Shown here piece after piece: positions 51,468-55,359 of a stretch of 55,359 bases of DNA. Each line of letters opens with the position of its first letter. The first letter of the stretch is position 1. Origin of the DNA: an uncultured Pelagibacteraceae bacterium. Its GTDB lineage: Bacteria; Pseudomonadota; Alphaproteobacteria; Pelagibacterales; AG-422-B15. A model generated the notes under the pieces. It was not told the origin of the DNA, did not search any database, and saw only the letters and a list, made by a program, of their open reading frames with translations. The DNA is taken from the NCBI GenBank assembly GCA_902518415.1, contig CABYGA010000004.1, positions 1-55,359 of the forward strand. Reading direction: 5' to 3'. A program made the translations under genes and the position numbers.

Positions 51468-52919
51468 ATGATCCAAATAGATACTTCTGAAGATAAACTT
51501 CATGAAGAGTGTGGTGTATTTGGTATATTCGGGAGTCCAGACGCATCAACTTTAACAGCATTAGGGTTGCACGCATTACAACATAGAGGTCAAGAAGGTG
51601 CGGGTATTGTCACTTTTGATGGAGAAAAATTTCATGGCGTTAGAAGACCTGGCCTAGTTGGTGACCACTTTAATAAAACAGAAGTTATAGACAGACTCTT
51701 AGGTAGCAACGCTATAGGTCATGTAAGATATTCCACAACTGGCAACTCAATACTAAAAAATATCCAGCCACTATATGCAGATCTATCCTCAGGCGGTTTT
51801 GCATGTGCGCATAATGGAAATTTAACAAATGCATCTATTTTGAGGGATTCTCTTGTTAAAGATGGTGCCATATTTCAGTCAACATCTGACACAGAAACAA
51901 TTCTTCAGCTTGTAGCTAAATCAAGTAGGCAGCAAACAGTTGATAAATTAATAGATGCTTTGTTCAAAATACAAGGGGCTTATTCATTAGTAATATTAAC
52001 AAATAAGAAATTAATTGGAGTAAGGGATCCTTATGGTATTCGCCCTCTTGTTCTTGGTGATCTTAATGGAGCGCCCGTGCTGACATCAGAAACTTGCGCA
52101 CTAGATATTATAGGTGCCAAATATGTCAGAGATGTTGAGCATGGTGAAATAATTATTATATCTGAAGATGGAATGGAAAGTATAAAGCCATTCCCTAAAG
52201 TTCAAGAGAGGCCATGTATTTTTGAGAGAATATATTTTTCAAGACCTGATAGTATAGTAGGGGGTAAAACTGTTTACACTTATAGAAAAAATCTAGGTCA
52301 AGAGCTTGCAAAAGAAAACCACATTGATGCTGATGTCATTATTCCGGTACCTGATTCTGGAGTACCGGCAGCACTTGGATACTCTCAAGAGTCTAAAATT
52401 CCATTTGAATTAGGCATTATAAGAAATCATTATGTAGGCCGTACATTCATAGAGCCGTCACAATCTATTAGACAATTTGGGGTAAAGTTAAAACATAACG
52501 CAAACTCTTCATATATAAAAAATAAGAAAGTTATTCTGATTGACGACTCTATAGTAAGAGGCACAACAGCAAAAAAAATTATAAAGATGGTTTATGATGC
52601 TGGAGCTAAAGAAGTTCATCTTGGAATTGCATGTCCTCCTATTAAACATCCAGATTTTTATGGAATTGATACGCCAGATTACAATGAGCTAATAGCGGCA
52701 AAATCCTCATTAGAGGAAATTAATAATGTCATTGGTTCAAAATCAATATTCTTTCTTTCTTTAGAGGGAACTTATAAAGCGATGGGTTATGAAAAAAGAG
52801 ATAATGAAACACCCCAATTTACAGATCATTGTTTCACAGGTGATTATCCAACTAGTCTTTTAGATAGAGAACAGGGAACAGTATCAAAACAATTTTCACT
52901 TTTGTCTGAGAAGAATTAA
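51468..52919 (+). CDS. purF: Amidophosphoribosyltransferase
   Basis: Propeptide ..HEE|CG, LQHRGQ, GHVRYST, HNGN, DDSIVRGTT. Confidence 0.99.
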   Translation: MIQIDTSEDKLHEECGVFGIFGSPDASTLTALGLHALQHRGQEGAGIVTFDGEKFHGVRRPGLVGDHFNKTEVIDRLLGSNAIGHVRYSTTGNSILKNIQPLYADLSSGGFACAHNGNLTNASILRDSLVKDGAIFQSTSDTETILQLVAKSSRQQTVDKLIDALFKIQGAYSLVILTNKKLIGVRDPYGIRPLVLGDLNGAPVLTSETCALDIIGAKYVRDVEHGEIIIISEDGMESIKPFPKVQERPCIFERIYFSRPDSIVGGKTVYTYRKNLGQELAKENHIDADVIIPVPDSGVPAALGYSQESKIPFELGIIRNHYVGRTFIEPSQSIRQFGVKLKHNANSSYIKNKKVILIDDSIVRGTTAKKIIKMVYDAGAKEVHLGIACPPIKHPDFYGIDTPDYNELIAAKSSLEEINNVIGSKSIFFLSLEGTYKAMGYEKRDNETPQFTDHCFTGDYPTSLLDREQGTVSKQFSLLSEKN

Positions 52920-53695
52920 ATTTCTTTTGGAACCCCCACCTTATTATACCCACAATCTACGTAATGAACTTCACCTGTAACTCCTGAAGACATATCGCTC
53001 AGTAAATACAGGCCTGATTTACCAACATCTTCGAGGCTAATATTTCTATTCATAAGAGAATTTTTCTCAGACCATTTCATCATATCTTTGCCACCTGATA
53101 TTCCAGCCATAGCAAGAGTTTTCATTGGACCAGCAGAAAGAGCGTTTACTCTAATGTTTGAGGGTCCTAAATCAGCCGCTAAATATCTCACACTTGATTC
53201 CAAAGCGGCTTTTGCTACTCCCATTACATTGTAATTCCTAATATATTTCTGGGAGCCGTCATAGGTTAAGGTAACCATAGATCCTCCATTTTTCATAAGT
53301 CTTTCAGCCTCATGAGCAACTTCAGTAAATGAAAAACATGAAATCAACATGGTATTCGAAAAGTTTTCTCTAGAGGTATTTAGATACTTACCCTTTAATT
53401 CGTCTTTATTTGAAAAAGCAATGGAATGTAAAATAAAATCTATAGATCCCCATCTTTCTTCAATTAGTTTGAATGAATTTTTTATAGAGCCATCTTTTAA
53501 GACATCACACTCAATTAAAAAATCGTTATTGATCGATTCTGCTAAGGGCTTTACTCGTCTTTCTAAAGACTCACCTTGGTAAGTAAAACAGAGTTCAGCT
53601 CCCTCATTAGCAAGTTGTTGAGATATTCCCCAAGCGATCGAATGATCATTTGCAACTCCCATTATAATACCTTTTTTACCACTCAGTGATTTCAT
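52916..53695 (-). CDS. fabI: Enoyl-ACP reductase
   Basis: GVAN..SIAWG, LTY.G, YNVMG.AK, SAGP.KTLA. Confidence 0.98.
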   Translation of the reverse strand: MKSLSGKKGIIMGVANDHSIAWGISQQLANEGAELCFTYQGESLERRVKPLAESINNDFLIECDVLKDGSIKNSFKLIEERWGSIDFILHSIAFSNKDELKGKYLNTSRENFSNTMLISCFSFTEVAHEAERLMKNGGSMVTLTYDGSQKYIRNYNVMGVAKAALESSVRYLAADLGPSNIRVNALSAGPMKTLAMAGISGGKDMMKWSEKNSLMNRNISLEDVGKSGLYLLSDMSSGVTGEVHYVDCGYNKVGVPKEI

Positions 53696-54903
53696 GACTC
53701 ATACCTCCTAAAAACTAAAGAAGCATTAGTTCCACCAAAACCAAAACTATTACTCATTGCTGTATTAATTTTTTCATCGATACGAGAAGTCAATATATTC
53801 ATACCATTCGCATCTTCATCTAACTCTTCAATATTTGCTGATTCTGTTAGAAAATTGTTATTCATCATAAGTAAAGTGTAAATTGACTCATGTACTCCAG
53901 CAGCTCCAAGCGAATGTCCACTTAATGACTTAGTAGAACTTATAAAAGGAATTTCATTTTTGAAAACTTCTTTAATAGCTTTTAACTCTGCCTTGTCTCC
54001 TACGGGAGTAGAAGTTCCATGAGCATTTATATAGTCAACTTTTTCTATATCTTTAGTTGCCATAAGCATGCACCTTGCAGCACCTTCCCCTGAAGGTTGA
54101 ACCATATCATAGCCATCTGAAGTCGCTCCATAGCCTACAATTTCTGCATATATTTTTGCATTTCTTTTTATTGCAGTTTCTAGCTCTTCAAGAACAACCA
54201 CACCTCCTCCACCAGCAATTACAAAACCATCTCTTTGAGAGTCAAAAGCCCTTGAAGCTTTAGTTGGATCATCATTATATTTTGATGAAAGAGCTGGCAT
54301 TGCATCAAATAAAGCTGATAAAGTCCAGTCAAGTTCTTCACCACCACCCGCAAAAATTCTATCTTGCTTACCTAATTGAATAAGCTCATATGCATTACCT
54401 ATGCAGTGAGCGCTTGTTGAACAAGCAGAACTAATAGAATAGTTAACCCCTTTAATTTTAAAATATGTTGATAAAGTTGCAGAGTTTGTACTGCACATAA
54501 CTTTGGGAACACTAGTAGGCCCAATTTTTTTTGGGCCTTTTTCCCTTGTAATATCAAATGCTCTTAGCAGACTTTTTGTTGATGGACCGCCAGACCCCAT
54601 TATTAAACCTGTTTGATTATTAGAAATTTCATCTTCACTTAAATTTGAGTCACTTATAGCCTCATTCATCGCTAAATAATTATAGCTTGCCCCATCACCC
54701 ATAAACCTTAAGAATTTTCTTTCAATTGACTCTGCCAAATTTAAATTGATTTGCCCACTAACTTGACTTCTAAATCCCATATTTTTTTGAGACTCATCAA
54801 ACGCGACACCAGATTTTGTATTAAAAAGTGAGTCATTCACTTCATTTTTATTATTTCCTAAAGATGAAACTATTCCTATTCCTGTAATTACAACTCTTCT
54901 CAT
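53692..54903 (-). CDS. fabB: 3-oxoacyl-ACP synthase I
   Basis: [33 protein letters not shown]. Confidence 0.97.
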   Translation of the reverse strand: MRRVVITGIGIVSSLGNNKNEVNDSLFNTKSGVAFDESQKNMGFRSQVSGQINLNLAESIERKFLRFMGDGASYNYLAMNEAISDSNLSEDEISNNQTGLIMGSGGPSTKSLLRAFDITREKGPKKIGPTSVPKVMCSTNSATLSTYFKIKGVNYSISSACSTSAHCIGNAYELIQLGKQDRIFAGGGEELDWTLSALFDAMPALSSKYNDDPTKASRAFDSQRDGFVIAGGGGVVVLEELETAIKRNAKIYAEIVGYGATSDGYDMVQPSGEGAARCMLMATKDIEKVDYINAHGTSTPVGDKAELKAIKEVFKNEIPFISSTKSLSGHSLGAAGVHESIYTLLMMNNNFLTESANIEELDEDANGMNILTSRIDEKINTAMSNSFGFGGTNASLVFRRYES

Positions 54904-55358
54904 TATTTGATTAGGCCAACTTTGAGCCCCTCTGCTGTATATATTTCTTTACCATCTACTAAAACGGAGCCATCACCAACGCCGACAATGACACCTCTTT
55001 TTATTATTTTTTTCATGTTAATTTTATACTCAACAAGTTTAGATTCTTTTAATATTTCGCCACCAAATTTCACACTCGAAGAGCCTAAAGCTCTTCCCCG
55101 TCCAGGATTACCGATCCAACCTAAATAGAAACCTACGAGTTGCCACATTGCATCTAATCCCAAGCATCCAGGCATCACAGGATCCATCTCAAAATGACAA
55201 TCAAAAAACCAAAGATCTGGATTAATATCTAGCTCTGCAAGGATCTCTCCTTTTTCATATTTTCCACTGTCATCTGTGATTTTAGTAATGCGGTCAAACA
55301 TTAACATTGGGGGCAAGGGAAGCCTTGCATTGCCAATACCAAACATAGTTCCATGAGC
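54903..55358 (-). CDS. fabA: 3-hydroxydecanoyl-ACP dehydratase/isomerase, 5' end outside the window
   Basis: [25 protein letters not shown] (FabA-type Asp), GRALG; frame open to the window edge (AHGT|MFG). Confidence 0.97.
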   Translation of the reverse strand, partial: AHGTMFGIGNARLPLPPMLMFDRITKITDDSGKYEKGEILAELDINPDLWFFDCHFEMDPVMPGCLGLDAMWQLVGFYLGWIGNPGRGRALGSSSVKFGGEILKESKLVEYKINMKKIIKRGVIVGVGDGSVLVDGKEIYTAEGLKVGLIK

Positions 55359-55359
55359 G

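Noticed and set aside
233-55128. Many 60-130 aa ORFs antisense to or out of frame with core genes (for example 233-541, 6565-6900, 13851-14195, 34929-35324, 46812-47141, 51009-51326)
   Set aside because: They lie within well-conserved genes, show no recognisable motifs, and have the composition expected of shadow frames.
1-55359. tRNA, rRNA, CRISPR arrays, IS elements, prophage or defence systems; frequent GANTC, AGCT and AGATCT words
   Set aside because: All intergenic gaps are under about 125 nt with no such structures. Word over-representation needs a codon-aware k-mer count that I could not run.

Overview
Gene-dense, AT-rich core chromosomal region of a streamlined alphaproteobacterium (gene content and order resemble SAR11/HIMB59-type marine lineages; the taxon is inferred). 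It holds about 57 CDS: maf-aroE-coaE-dnaQ (usually next to oriC), secB/fxsA/timA, hslUV, a his operon with inserted genes, nth-dapB-dnaJ-dnaK-grpE, rph-rdgB, lppC/rsmI/BON/gshB, maeB, murJ-trpS-usp-nfu, tsaB-fur-olsA-miaB-phoH-ybeY-corC-lnt-metK-trmB, nusA-infB-rbfA-truB-rpsO-pnp, purF and fabA-fabB-fabI. I found no tRNA, rRNA, CRISPR array, mobile element or defence island, and no clear-cut novel multi-gene system. The best observations are fine-scale: (1) rdgB appears to start at a CTG codon; (2) a rimP-leader-like terminator hairpin survives upstream of nusA although rimP is absent; (3) three RpoH-type promoters occur with no hrcA; (4) six of seven convergent gene pairs overlap at their stop codons; (5) two divergent genes share one CATG; (6) Nth, an SDR and PurF carry atypical motifs; (7) mutS/glnD and other genes are missing from their usual positions; (8) a GH73-like/CE4 pair is inserted in a conserved block.
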